Assembly (NCBI RefSeq): GCF_006345805.1
Contig: NC_043004.1
Location: 59,086,001 to 59,150,000 of the forward strand
DNA: 64,000 bases
Direction of reading: 5' to 3'
Origin: Octopus sinensis
Taxonomy: Eukaryota
Below are positions 1 to 12,744 of the stretch, in pieces (the stretch's first letter is position 1; every line of letters starts with the position of its first letter). A program made the position numbers and the translations under genes. The notes under the pieces are model-generated. The model was given only the letters and a program-made list of their open reading frames with translations, had not been told where the DNA came from and did no database searches.

Positions 1-1719
1 AAACAGTCGTATGTATAAACATTTTTAGAGATTTGTCAGCGAGAAGCGGTTTCAAATTTAAAGACGGTCGCAATTTCTCCTGTCTGCTCTAATTGGTTCA
101 CCTTTTGATTAAACATTTAGAAAATTCTGAAAAGTAAATCAGGAAAGGTGAAAGTTCAATTTTAAATGAAATAACTGTCGATAGGTGTCTTTTGTTCCAG
201 AAAACAAATGTTTTGTTCCACTCTACTCAGATATAAACGTGTGACTCTGCTGCGGACTGGCATCAATTTCAGGGCAAATGTTGTGATCTACTTCACTTAT
301 AAACCATAGAAACTGGATAAGTATCCATCTGAGTCCTAGAACGCCTGTAATATCTAAAGGGAAACTTACTATCAATAAGAAGATAGATTATCAGAAGCAG
401 TAGATTAGACTTTTTGCTGAGATGAAATTTTCCTTTCATCCATCTGGGGTTAATGTAACGAAGACCAAGATAGATTTAATCAAATATGTCCGTTCGTCTT
501 CCATTGAAGGTTGCGTGGATTTGTAGCAACGTTAGAAATCATGCCGTGGATTACCAGACAGGCAACAGCTGAAGGGTAAACGTGTCAATTTCTCTCCAGA
601 AAATAGGGAGTTTGTATCATATGATTGATGCTGAGAAGAGTCATGTTCTGGGTAAAGCACAGAGCGCCCTATATTTGTTGTACATATCATTATGTCTTAA
701 TCTAAATAGGAAATGCGGCACCTAAAACAATTGCTGGGCAATCGGGATTATAACGGGTAATAAGGGTCTTAGAAGACTTTGGAAGGCTGTATTAGAAATC
801 GTTACATTAAAATAACTAGTTGTTCTCAGATCTGAAGCATGGTGCGAAGGTTTGAAAGTGAGTGAACCCCTGCTACCGGAATCCGAAGAGCCATGTAATA
901 GGATTTACGAAGGGCGATGGATTATGTTCAAGACGGTAATAAGAAACATAATGAGGAAACGATTTCATTTATTAATTTACCGGGCATACATACATGTAAC
1001 CCCACCTAAAAGAGTCCCCCTCATGACGCCAAGGATTTACTTTATTCCCCAAGCTAGGCTAGTAGTTTGGCGAGGGTGGTGTTTTTTAGGTTCGTAGGTA
1101 AAATTTGACTTAGAACGTAGAGAGGGGTAACAAATGCTGCAAGACACTCCGTCCGACATTCTTAAAGCTCCGCCAACCCTCTGCACTGGATTGGTGCCTA
1201 CTTTTTTATATCGAAAGGATGACAGGCAAAGACGACTTGAATGCTATAGGATCTCAGAGTGCAGACAGAAAATAATCCCGCAAAGAAACCTATCTGATTC
1301 TTATAACGTTTCCGCCATTTTCTCCATCAACCATACACACTTGAAATTTATATGTAACACGATAAGCTACAATGAATTTGCACATAAAACATTATTCACT
1401 ATTGTTTATGTCGCCAAGAAAATGAAATATAGAAAATGGATTACGTAGCGATATCTCATACATTTCAATGACGTAAACGGAATGAATATACACAAATAAG
1501 GTAATATGATATTAAACGGTCACTCACATATCACGCATTTAGTTTTTATCTTTTTGTGATAAATTTTCTAACATAATAACAATTTATATAAGTTCTGGTA
1601 ACAAATGTTTTCAACAGAAATTCAATAGCAGATTATTTGATAGAAACAGCCAAAGGAAAATACAAACAGAGAGAACACTCATGCATACTGTAAAACCTAT
1701 GTTTACGTGTATACGAGCA

Positions 1720-1820
<101 letters not shown>

Positions 1821-1940
1821 GTCTCTCTGTCGATCCCTCTCTCTTTCTCTTCTCTCTCTATCATACATTCATACATACATACATACATATATTATACATA
1901 CATACATATATTAACACACACGCACACACGCACACATATA

Positions 1941-2102
1941 GGTGCAGGAATGGCTGTGTGGTAAGTTGTTTGCTTACCAACCACATGGATCTGGATTCAG
2001 TCTCACTGCGTGGCACCTTGAGCAAGTGTCATCCACTATAGCTTTTAGCTAACCAAAGCCTTGTGAGAATATTTGGTTGAGGGAAACTGAAAGAAGCAGC
2101 CC

Positions 2103-2105
<3 letters not shown>
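1941..2105 (+). mobile_element. tRNA-derived SINE family A, 5' half
   Basis: A-box-like TGGCTGTGTGGTAAG and B-box-like GGATTCAGTCTC, then a CORE-like ACCTTGAGCAAGTG segment; runs into (TA)n/(TG)n. Matches the complete copies at 12341 and 19730. Confidence 0.85.
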
Positions 2106-2157
<52 letters not shown>

Positions 2158-2198
2158 GTGTGTGTGTGTGTATGTATGTACATATATATATATAATAT

Positions 2199-2255
<57 letters not shown>

Positions 2256-2353
2256 TATATATATTATATATATATATATATACATACATACATACTTCAC
2301 TCTGTATTTCGTTTCTTATCTAAATTAACTATTGCTAAACCATTTCTCACACC

Positions 2354-2401
2354 GTCTCTGATAAAGGGATATAATAAATATCTTGGAAACAGCTGTAAGA
2401 C
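2354..2401 (+). ncRNA. Minimal type-I hammerhead motif in a PLE-type terminal repeat, G8->A decayed
   Basis: Stem I GTCT/AGAC; core CTGATAA; stem II GGGATAT/ATATCTT; GAAA; palindromic stem III ACAGCTGT; GUA cleavage triplet. Flank 2330-2460 is homologous to 40995-41130. Confidence 0.7.
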
Positions 2402-2530
2402 CTATTTATAAATGTTCTAAAATCTTCACTCCCTTGGTTTTTTTATCGCATTCTGAAAAACAAAAGTTATATATATAAATATATGGGAAGCAAGCTTCTT
2501 ACCACACAGGTACTCCTGCGCCCATATATA

Positions 2531-3750
2531 TCTCTCTATATATTAACGGCAGTTTGTCTGTCTGTGTGTCTGTGTGTCTGTCAGGTTGTACCCTCACCCT
2601 GACCACGGCTTTCAACCGATTCTGATGAAACTTGACACACGCATAGCCTAATGTCATAATTCAAAACTAACGCAGCGAAAATTTAGAAAAGTTCCCCCAG
2701 TTCTGAAAAAAATCGATAAATTCGACATGGGGTCGAGAATCTAAGCTTTTTATATGCAACACATTTTCTGTTGTAGTTTTCGCAACTTGCAATCGATTTT
2801 CACCAAACTCATGGTGAAGCTTAATGTTACCCTATGAAACTTAATTCTGACGTTAGTTTTCCATGCAATACCTTACCATCAGAAAAAATCGATAAAATTA
2901 TGCTATTTTGGGAAATCGCGTTCAAATTCAAGATTGATTGATTGATTGATTCTAGTTTCAGCTTATGAGCTGTGGCCATGCTGGGGCACCGCCATTTTCG
3001 ACAATATCTTTCACAAATTGGCAGGATTTAAAAAAAAAATTCACAGCGAGCATCATGTCTGCTCCAATGAGCTATATGGCCCTTTTTATTCCAATAGGAT
3101 ACTTTATTACTGGAAAAAATCGGTTAAGTAAATCATATGTGGCACACATAGCAAACCGATTTGTGTATTAAACACAAACCACAGACTGTCTAGGTGACTC
3201 AACTAGACCTTTTTAACTCTCGGAACACGTGGGGTAAGTATCCCAAAATGTATAAAAATGTACAAAAACAGCAAAAAAAGCGGGCAGCAATGTGAGTGAC
3301 AACAACGAAAAAGTCAAAAGTGACCAAACTGAACAAACGAATGGAAAAGGTTTTTTGGTGCACACGACAAAAGCGGTTTATAATAAACCAAGAGTTTGCA
3401 AGTAGCGTCCGCGGACCCTTAGGGTACGTCAAAAATTTAAGGTAAAACGTTTGGGGTGGTAGTTATAAAGAAAGTTTAAACAAAAAAAGTATTCGAATAA
3501 CTTGCGGCTGCAGCAGCTATTAGCAGAAGTGGCGATGTTGGGGGTAAAGTCTCGAATGTAATTTCTTCCTGGTAGGAAATGGTTGGGTTGAATTATCGAT
3601 AGCTGTTTGATAGTTATTTTGGGAGTGAAGAGAAGACATTGCAACCTACACATGTGCCTTCGTTCCCTAGAGGGAAAGGACTAGATTGGGATTAGTCGTT
3701 GCCTACTAGGGGCTCTTACATACCCGGGCAACGCCGGGCTATGCTGCTAG
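2531..3750 (+). mobile_element. Non-autonomous Helitron
   Basis: A|TCTCTCTATATATTAACGGC 5' end; 3' hairpin CCCGG-GCAACG-CCGGG followed by CTAG|T; A|T insertion site with no TSD. Confidence 0.8.
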
Positions 3751-5251
3751 TATATATATATATATATATCAATATATATCACTATCTTTAGAAAATAACG
3801 ATAAAGTAGCCAGCAGGCATAATCCAAATATGCAAAATATATACTAAAAATCAGGGTACAATATATACTTGTTTGCTTGAAAGAAAATTTTAACTTCTCC
3901 GAAAGCGCACATTCCTCGCTATATCTAAACGTTATCGGGGCGTTCAGCTGAACAGACGCACATGGTGGGGTAAATATATTTATGTAGTAAGCCTAGCCGA
4001 TGAGTTTTAAGTGTCAATTCGCCACAGAAATCGAAAACAAATGATATTATGATATCTACCCTCCTCTTTGTAATTTTAAAAATAGAACGACCATTTGTCT
4101 AAATGAATGTGTTACTTTTCCCGTGTGTGTTTACATATAGTGAGAGATGTGTGATTTTGGAGAATGTTAACTCTTCTTTCAAGCAAACAGGTACCTATTT
4201 ACTCTAAGTTTTAGTGTACATATTGTTATTCATCAATTGTGTCTCCATTTTCTGCTTTCTTTTATTATTCATAAACTCTAGTTTATTCTTGTCATAGCGT
4301 ATCACATTTGAGCATTGGCATTAATGCTCATATATGATAGGCAATGACAAGAAGAAACTAGAGTTTATCAATATTTAAAGAAAGCAGAAAATATATATAT
4401 ATACAATGGGTATACAGGCATACATCCAAACTTCATATCCGGACACCAAACATTTTTGTCTTGGCCACTCATACAGATAAAGATACAAAATTAGCAATTC
4501 AGAAATTATCACAATCTAAAAAGCACTAATTTATTTCTTCGAATTTCTCATTATCTTCATCGTTATTATCCACAGTGCAAACTGTTCTACCACATTAGTT
4601 TCATTCTATCCCTCTGGAGAAAACGGGGGAGAGTTTTTTGTCTCTGTAAATTTCTTTTAAAATTAGAACGTATGTAAAGAAAGAAAATCAAGAAAAAAAA
4701 ACATAATGGAAAACGGAAGAAGAAATTAAAGATAGAGAAAAGAAATAAGGATCCAGAAGAAAATTTTCGGATATAAAACATAGGAGTGTGTATGAAGAAA
4801 ACATTCCGATCAGTGGTAAAAGGGGTCGACCTATATTTCTCTTGTTTTCGTTTGGAAAGATTTCACCTCTTCAAATCTTAAAGTTACAACTATTTGTATG
4901 TATGTATGTATGTATGTATGTATGTATGTATGTATGTATGTATGTATGTATGTGTGTGTGTTTATGTATGTAAGTATGCACATAAGTGTTCATGTAAGTA
5001 CGTATATATGTATATATATGGTATGTGTGCGTGAGTGAGAGAGACGGAGAAAGAGAGAGAGTGAGAGTGTATTAGTAAATTCATCTACATATAGTTTCTC
5101 TTACACACAGATATATATATATACACACATACATATATGTACACACACACACACATTTATATGTATATATAACTACATATGCACAAACCTTTAACGCTAT
5201 GTATGCACGTATGTGTGTGTATGTATATATATCTATATCGATCTATCTATC

Positions 5252-5286
<35 letters not shown>

Positions 5287-5488
5287 ATGGTGTGAGTGTG
5301 TGGGTGTGGGTGTGTGTAATAAAATGACACTGTCATACAGTGCTATTTATTTATTTATTTATTCATTTAGTTATCTATTTACTTCGAGCGAAACCTTCAC
5401 TCTGGCAAGCCATCAACCGACTAATTGAAAATTCAGATCGTCTCCTGTTCTATTGTTGAGCCGTCATGTATGTTTGTTCACACACACA

Positions 5489-5538
<50 letters not shown>

Positions 5539-6112
5539 CACACACACTCACACACACGCACATTCACACACGCACACACACACGCACATGCACACATATA
5601 AAGCCCGCTTACATATAAGAAAGCATGTACGTATTCATGTACGCATGTATATATGTATATGCACTGATACACTTTTGTGCATTATATAAAATTAATTATC
5701 GATGCACTGATAAGTGCCTATTCGATATTTTCGTTTGTTGCAACTTAAGGTACGCCTCTCTAAATTATAGAGATTTTCTGATATGTAACTAATATATATA
5801 TAACAAGTTGAAACATGTACGTATGTATGTATGTATGTATGTATGTATGTATGTATGTATGTATGTATGTATGTATGTATGTCATTGTTCAGTTTTATTT
5901 CAAGATTTCAAGCCAATAGAGAAAGAATCGGTTTCTAACCTAGATCCAACGCTCCTTCATTGGAATTTTAACATGAACAGCTGGGTATATTTGTATGTAG
6001 GGGGAGAATTCCCAACCCTACCCCACCAAAAAAAAAAACAAAAAGAAAAGACGAAGACAGGCGGTGTAGACTACAAACAGATGTATTAGTATAACGCTCG
6101 GGAAGTGAAAAA

Positions 6113-6151
6113 GTCTTTAATGTTTCGAGCCAACGCTCTTTCACAGAAAGG
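6113..6151 (-). ncRNA. Degenerate hammerhead-like motif (GAGC-GTWG-GCTC family) in a PLE-type short repeat
   Basis: Minus strand reads CTTT CTGTGAAA GAGC GTTG GCTC GAAAC ATT AAAG. The surrounding 6030-6200 is homologous to 44930-45105 and 61020-61215. Confidence 0.5.
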
Positions 6152-6370
6152 AACACAGAAAGAAACAAGGAGAGAAAATAAAGAATGTGTAGTGGCTAGT
6201 GGTTTGCATGTATATATGTGTGTATGGACGTATATGTGCAGATTTGTATGTTTTGTTTTATGTATGTATTGTCAAGCATATAGTTGTATACCTAGACATG
6301 CTCATATATATTTAAATGATTGATCTGGAAAGTTTTACAGCTGCTGCTGCTGCTACTACTACTACTACTA

Positions 6371-6420
<50 letters not shown>

Positions 6421-6857
6421 AACACAGGTTTTTAATTATTCTATAAGCTTAAGCAATGCAGCTTGTAATAAATCATACAAATCTGTACTTTTACTGTAGT
6501 CTTCGAATTTGCTTTCTACTTTCTGGTTTTGAGACGCCTACTATGTACGTACGTACGTATGTATGTATTTATGTATGCATGGATGTATGGATGGACGTAT
6601 GTATGAATGGTTGGCGGTAGGGATGGCCGTTGACTTTCCTGTGTTCTTTTGTCCTCTGACGAGATGGTTTATGGACGGTTTATAGCATAAAAACCAAGAC
6701 CCTTGAAAGAATGGATTAACGCAGAGGTGCAAACGGTCAACAAATTACGTGATATATATATATATATATATATGCCCAAGGACTTGGAAATTTCTGGTCC
6801 GTTGTCGTGGTGCCCATTTAACCTCCTAATGTAGATTGGACTCTTAGCGGCGGTAGT

Positions 6858-7240
6858 GGAGGCGCAATAGCCCAGTGGTTAGGGCAGCGGACTCGCGGTC
6901 GTAGGATCGCGGTTTCGATTCCCAGACCGGGCGTTGTGAGTGTTTATTGAGCGAAAACACCTAAAGCTCCACGAGGCTCCGGCAGGGGATGGTGGTGATC
7001 CCTGCTGTACTCTTTCACCACAACTTTCTCTCACTCTTACTTCCTGTTTCTGTTGTACCTGTATTTCAAAGGGCCGGCCTTGTCACTCTCTGTGTCACGC
7101 TTGAATATCCCCGAGAACTACGTTAAGGGTACACGTGTCTGTGGAGTGCTCAGCCACTTACACGTTAATTTCACGAGCAGGCTGTTCCGTTGTTCTGATC
7201 AACCGGAACCTTCGTCGTCGTAACCGACGGAGTGCTTCCA
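6858..7240 (+). mobile_element. tRNA-derived SINE family C, apparently full length
   Basis: tRNA-like head TAGCCCAGTGGTTAGGGC...GGTTTCGATTCCC followed by about 300 bp of body; a related copy lies on the minus strand at 23135-23388. Confidence 0.8.
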
Positions 7241-7424
7241 AGCGGCGGTGACGGCAACTATCCCAGGAGATAGAAAACTCCGATAGAGAAGCCTCAAGTA
7301 TGTTGTCCATTGAGTTTGTGTGAAACAGTGCAGCAAATCTCTGCTATCAACATTTCCTTCAGACATCTTCTCATTTGAAAACAAATGATTTATTTGGGTA
7401 GTTTAGTGGGTAGACAGTGGTTGT

Positions 7425-7640
7425 AATATCGGACCATCAGATTCGTTAAGACACCGGACAAAATGTTCAGTGGCATTTTGTCCGTCTTTGCGTTCTTAGT
7501 TCAAATTCCATCGTGGTCGATTTTTGCCTTTCATTTATCGGGGTCGATAAAATTAAGTACCAGCTGAGCATCGGGATTGACGTAATCGACTTATCTCTTC
7601 CCAAAAAATTGCAGGCCTTGTGCAAAAATTTGAAACCAAT
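7425..7640 (+). mobile_element. SINE family B (Deu/Nin-like central domain), diverged
   Basis: AGTTCAAATTCC B-box, then TTTGCCTTTCAT...GGGGTCGATAAAATTAAGTACCA, resembling the Deu/Nin SINE domain. Confidence 0.7.
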
Positions 7641-7896
7641 GTTAAATCTTCATACTTCGAATCCGATATTAAATGAAGTATTAACACTTACGGTTCGCAA
7701 ATTACTGGCTCCAGTAGCTACTAAAATTGTTGAGTATATAACCAGATTGGCTGCCTCCCTCTTTTGGGATTGGTCAAATTCAAGTAAATAACTCTGATGA
7801 GAATCCAATAAGGAGCGAAAAATCGATTAAGGCTGTTTGCCATACTTTTTTTTCCAATATACGAAGAGATACCTAAATCCAGCCCATTTTATGCAT

Positions 7897-7897
<1 letters not shown>

Positions 7898-7932
<35 letters not shown>

Positions 7933-8078
7933 ACTACTACTACTACTAGCACCACCACCACCACCACCACCGCCACTACCACCGCCACCACCACCACCAC
8001 CGCCACCTCCACCATCACCACAACTACTGCTGCTGCTGCTGCGCCTCCCCCCGCTCCTCCTACTACAGCTGCTGCTAT

Positions 8079-8114
<36 letters not shown>

Positions 8115-8218
8115 CACTACTACTAGCACCACCACCACCACCACCACCACCACCATCACCACAACTACTGCTGCTGCTGCTGCGCCTCCTCCCGCTCCTC
8201 CTACTACAGCTGCTGCTG

Positions 8219-8264
<46 letters not shown>

Positions 8265-8280
8265 CACTACTACTACAACA
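7898..8280. repeat. Compound (CTA)n/(CAC)n/(CTG)n array with an internal higher-order duplication
   Basis: The block ACTAGCACCACC...ACAACTACTGCTGCTGCTGCTGCGCCTCC-CCGCTCCTCCTACTACAGCTGCTGCT occurs twice. Confidence 0.9.
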
Positions 8281-8512
8281 CAGGTTTTTCATTTTTCTAT
8301 AATCTTAAACAATGCAGCTTGTAATAAATCATACAAATTTGTACTTTTACTTTCAGTTTCAATATTTCAAGGCTATGACCTCTTCTTCTGGTTATCTTCT
8401 GTGAAACAGTATTTTATCTCTCTAACTCCCACAAAAAACATATATTAAAAACATTTATATATTCCAGACAAATTGGTATAAGCTGCTTTATCCAACGCAT
8501 ACTATTTTAATA

Positions 8513-8569
<57 letters not shown>

Positions 8570-8692
8570 TCCGGTATCCAATAAATGGACTAACCTGATT
8601 GTACGCAGATTTTTTTTATACTTCGATTTTTTGTCCTAATCGGAGTATATCAATATTAAAGGAAAACAGAAAATACACACACACACACACAC

Positions 8693-8751
<59 letters not shown>

Positions 8752-9946
8752 TATATATACCATTGGTATACAGGCATACATCTAAGCTTCATATCCAGAC
8801 TCCAAACATTTTTTCTTGGCCACTCATACGGATAAAGAAACAAAATTAGCGACTCAGAATTTAGTCAGCAATCGTCTCCCTCACTCCACCATTGATATAT
8901 ATAACATGTGATGCCTAGTCTCTTCAGCACATGTGTTTATTTTATATCTTCCTTAATCTTCTTATATATTGACCATCGATATTTGAAAATGGTTTCCATT
9001 GTTAATACGATTAACCAAGTTGGAGAAGTCTTGTAAAATAAATAAATACCTTAAAAGTTGTTCTACAAAATCCGAACAATATGACGTTTAAAAAGAAGTG
9101 AAAATCAGAAACCTATTATATGTGAATATAACAGAAATTCTTCAACAAAATATGGCCCTAAGTAAACATCCTTGCCACACAATATATTGCAACTTATAGC
9201 TGGTGTTTGTATGTGTGTAGGTAATTATGCGTATAAACATATCAAATATAACAGCTTGCGTTTGATATTCAAAATAATACATATGTATACATGCAAACAG
9301 AAAGAAGCAAAGACTGAAGATTTTCAGACGAGGAATATTTAAGTATAAATATATAGATATTTATATATTAATAGATCAAACTTATACAAAGCATGTACAT
9401 ATGACCACACCCTCTCCTTTTTCTTATTTCTTCCATCTTACTTCCTTAAACTGACATCATTGAAAGGCCACTAGCCATTGTGAGAAAATGTGTTTATTTA
9501 CCAATATGTTGATAGGTATACAATGGAAAGTAATAAGAAAGGAGAGAGAAAAAAGAAAAATGCTTTGTAATGAAGTTTCAATGAATTGACCACATCAAAT
9601 TGAAAAGCAACCCCTCACTCTCTCCCTCTCTGTGTCTATCTTTGCTTTCCCATCCTTTATTATTATATTTTTTCCTCTTATCTGATTGTACTAAAACCCC
9701 TCTCTCTATATATATATATTCTCCCTCTTTGCTTTTCTTTCTATCTCTCCCCTTTTTCCGAAACAAAGCAAAAATACATACGATTCATATAAATGAACAA
9801 AGAAACATTCCGATTTTACAATTTTGTTTTTGATTTTGTTTTGAGTCCGATAAACGAACGAAAGCGCTATTAAATGATTATCCAAAATTCTAACTGTCTC
9901 CTTTTTCTCGATACACAACATCTGTACACCACTTTCAACGCTCTAT

Positions 9947-9981
<35 letters not shown>

Positions 9982-10594
9982 ACACACACACACATACATA
10001 CATACATACATACATACATACATCCTTTAAAATAGCCTAAAAAATTAAATAAATCCTTTAGAATTACTCGGAAATCTATATTGGATAACATGAACTCGGG
10101 TACTTTCTAAATTATTCAAAGATTAAAGCTTGAAGACCGGACTGAACCATTAAGCTCTTGTGAATCCAGGATTAATCTGAAAAAGCATAATGATATTTTA
10201 GAGATGGAACTGTGAGGCAAATCATTTTTTGATAATGTCATTTCTAGTCTAATATCACTTATATGTTTCCAATTATGGCCAAGCATTAGTTTTCTGATAT
10301 ACAAAATAAGTGTAAGTTCGATATATTCTTATTACTCCAGCATGTCTTTCATACTTGTAAACCAGGCACTTTGCTAGAAAGAATTCTTAGCTTCTAGGAT
10401 GATCAAATACAAATATTATTAGCTAGTCCTACCTTTATTTAGTTTGATGGGTGGCCAACGGCGAAGATTGACACACCAATACAACATTGATATAAGAATA
10501 TGATCTAGTGACTCTGCGTAAGTCACAGATCTAGTAGGTATCTAGCTACTGCATTGCCCAAGAAATAAATAGTTTCCCCAGATAAGCAGGGGAG

Positions 10595-10900
10595 CTACTC
10601 AGGGATGATGCTTTATTCATCATCCTAAGCAACGGTAGTGTCGAAATTAAAAAGACTAGAAAAATTGAAAATTCCTTAGGAATGAAAATCTAGGTGTAAC
10701 TTTTGAGATTATTAAAGCTACTAATTTCTTGGATGCTACTCTAGGCAGCAAATCGGCACTTTATTATCCTTATAGTAAATCGTACTTATATTAGCCGTTT
10801 TTCAAATCATTCCACTTGCGTCATGGGAATGAGGCAATATCTAAAACCTGTGCTCATTACTATAACGATGCATTGTCTAGAACTGGTTATCATTAATGTA
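10595..10900 (+). mobile_element. Heavily decayed PLE-type reverse transcriptase fragment
   Basis: Manual translation across a frameshift gives LRDDAL...NFLDATL...YYPYSK, resembling PLE RT motifs (YRDD, NFLDVTL, PYxK). Confidence 0.45.
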
Positions 10901-11161
10901 TTAAATATTCCCAAGGAACTAATAGACCTATAGACCATACTAATGCTAGAGATAGTCATATCGATAATAACATGTATAAAACTAATGAGAAGAAGAAAAC
11001 TAAAATGATAATAATAAGAATATGTATAAACCTAATATTCTGAACTGTGAATTAAGGAGTGACTGTCATAACGGGAATAATAGTATAAACGTTAATGCAG
11101 GAAATAGTGAATATCAAGCAAAATGCTGTGGCGATATTTTGACCAGCATATAGAATGTAGC

Positions 11162-11205
<44 letters not shown>

Positions 11206-11410
11206 TAATAATAATAATAATAATAATATAATAATAATAACACTAGAAATATCGATTACTATACACTGGAAAGTTAAATATAAATAAAAATAAATGTAAA
11301 ATTATAGCTAATAATAACACCGATGACTAGTAAATTCATCGTAAATACCTCAAATAGGGATTTGACTACCAAAATGGTCGATACCTGCTATGCAAGTGTT
11401 ACGAATAATA

Positions 11411-11953
11411 CAGGGTTATTCAAAAAGAATGAACCAATTTCATTACGCAATATCTTAATAAGGAAAAGCAATAGAAAACTCCAGCTAAGTAACAAGTATT
11501 TACTCACAATCAACTTTTATTTTCTCTCTTACAAGTGTTCAATGTTCACACCAGCAGCAACATCAGCAGCAGCAGCAGCACGGACAACATCAATGCGATA
11601 AGAGAATTCCTTCCAGACGCGTATCTGCTTGGCCTGCGAGATTCCCAGACCTCACCCTGTATGATTTTTTTCTTGTGGGGATATGTAAAAGATCGCGTTA
11701 TGTTCCACCGCTACCCACTAACCTCGATAACCTTAAACATCGAATAAAACAACAGCGATCAACTCAGTGGATCGTGATATGCTGATACATCGCATTGATG
11801 TTGCCCGTGCTGCAGGTGGTGGCCACATTGAACACTTGTAAGACAGGAAATAAAAGTTGATTGTGAGTAAATACTTTTGCTGGAGTTTTCTATTGCTTTT
11901 CCTTATGAAAATATTGCATAATGAAATCAGTTCATTCTTTTTGAATAACCCTG
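11411..11953 (+). mobile_element. Internally deleted Tc1/mariner (rosa/maT-like) element with long inverted repeats
   Basis: TA|CAGGGTTATTCAAAAAGAATGAA...TTCATTCTTTTTGAATAACCCTG|TA (TA TSD). Internal frameshifted transposase C-terminus WPARFPDLTLYDFFLWGYVKDRV...RIDVARAAGGGHIEHL*. Confidence 0.9.
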
Positions 11954-12340
11954 TAGAACTTATAGGAACAGAACACCTAATAATAACATTATAAACTTTA
12001 ATAACCCTACTACGAGTATTAGTAATTGCACTAATAACAATAAAAACAAAAAGATTCATAGAGCAGGATATGGTAGGATTATAAAACGGCAATAATTGCA
12101 TAACGATGGTGTAACCTGGTATAATCCACCTTGGAATTGTGCAGCGACCACTAAGCTTTCAGAGAATTTATTTAGTTGATTAGAGAAGTATTTTCCCTTC
12201 TCTAACAAGTGTTACTATATATTTAATAAACGAAAAATAAGAATCTCATACTCTACTCTACATAACCAAGGATCAATTATGACCAATATTAATAAACGGA
12301 ATATTAATTTAGCCAGAAGTATGAGCAGAATGTGATGAAT

Positions 12341-12744
12341 GGAGTGGCTGTGTGGTAAGTAGCTTGTTTACCAACCACATGGTTCTGGGTTCAGTCCCAC
12401 TGCGTGGCACCTTGGGCAAGTGTCTTCTACTATAGCCTCGGGCCGACCAAAGCCTTGTCAGTGGATTTGGTGGACGGAAACTGAAAGAAGCCCGTCGTAT
12501 ATATGTATATATATGTATGTGTGTGTATGTGTTTGTGTGTCTGTGTTTGTCCCCCTAGCATTGCTTGACAACCGATGCTTGTGTGTTTACGTCCCCGTTA
12601 CTTAGCGGTTCGGCAAAAGAGACCGATAGAATAAGTACTGGGCTTACAAAAGAATAAGCCCCGGAGTCTAGTTGCTCGATTAAAGGCGGTGCTCCAGCAT
12701 GGCCGCAGTCAAATGACTGAAACAAGTAAAAGAGTAAAAGAGTA
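12341..12744 (+). mobile_element. tRNA-derived SINE family A, near full length
   Basis: A/B boxes, CORE-like segment, internal (TA/TG) spacer, 3' body and TAAAAGAG tandem tail. Confidence 0.92.

Noticed and set aside
1-1130. Non-repetitive stretch with ORF 852-1097 containing TPRIYFIP, faintly like a PLE RT motif
   Set aside because: Many stops in the frames I translated and no second motif; a translated HMM search would be needed.
5890-5975. Minus-strand ATGAAGG...GAAACCGATT hammerhead-like string
   Set aside because: No 3-8 pair and no stem I could be built.
6858-6935. tRNA-like sequence as a true tRNA gene (also the SINE A and D heads)
   Set aside because: Acceptor and anticodon arms are incomplete and the sequence continues into a repeated SINE body.
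7837-8448. 203-aa Thr/Ala/Pro mucin-like ORF
   Set aside because: It is a translation of trinucleotide arrays; all frames are open because of composition, and there is no signal peptide or splice context.
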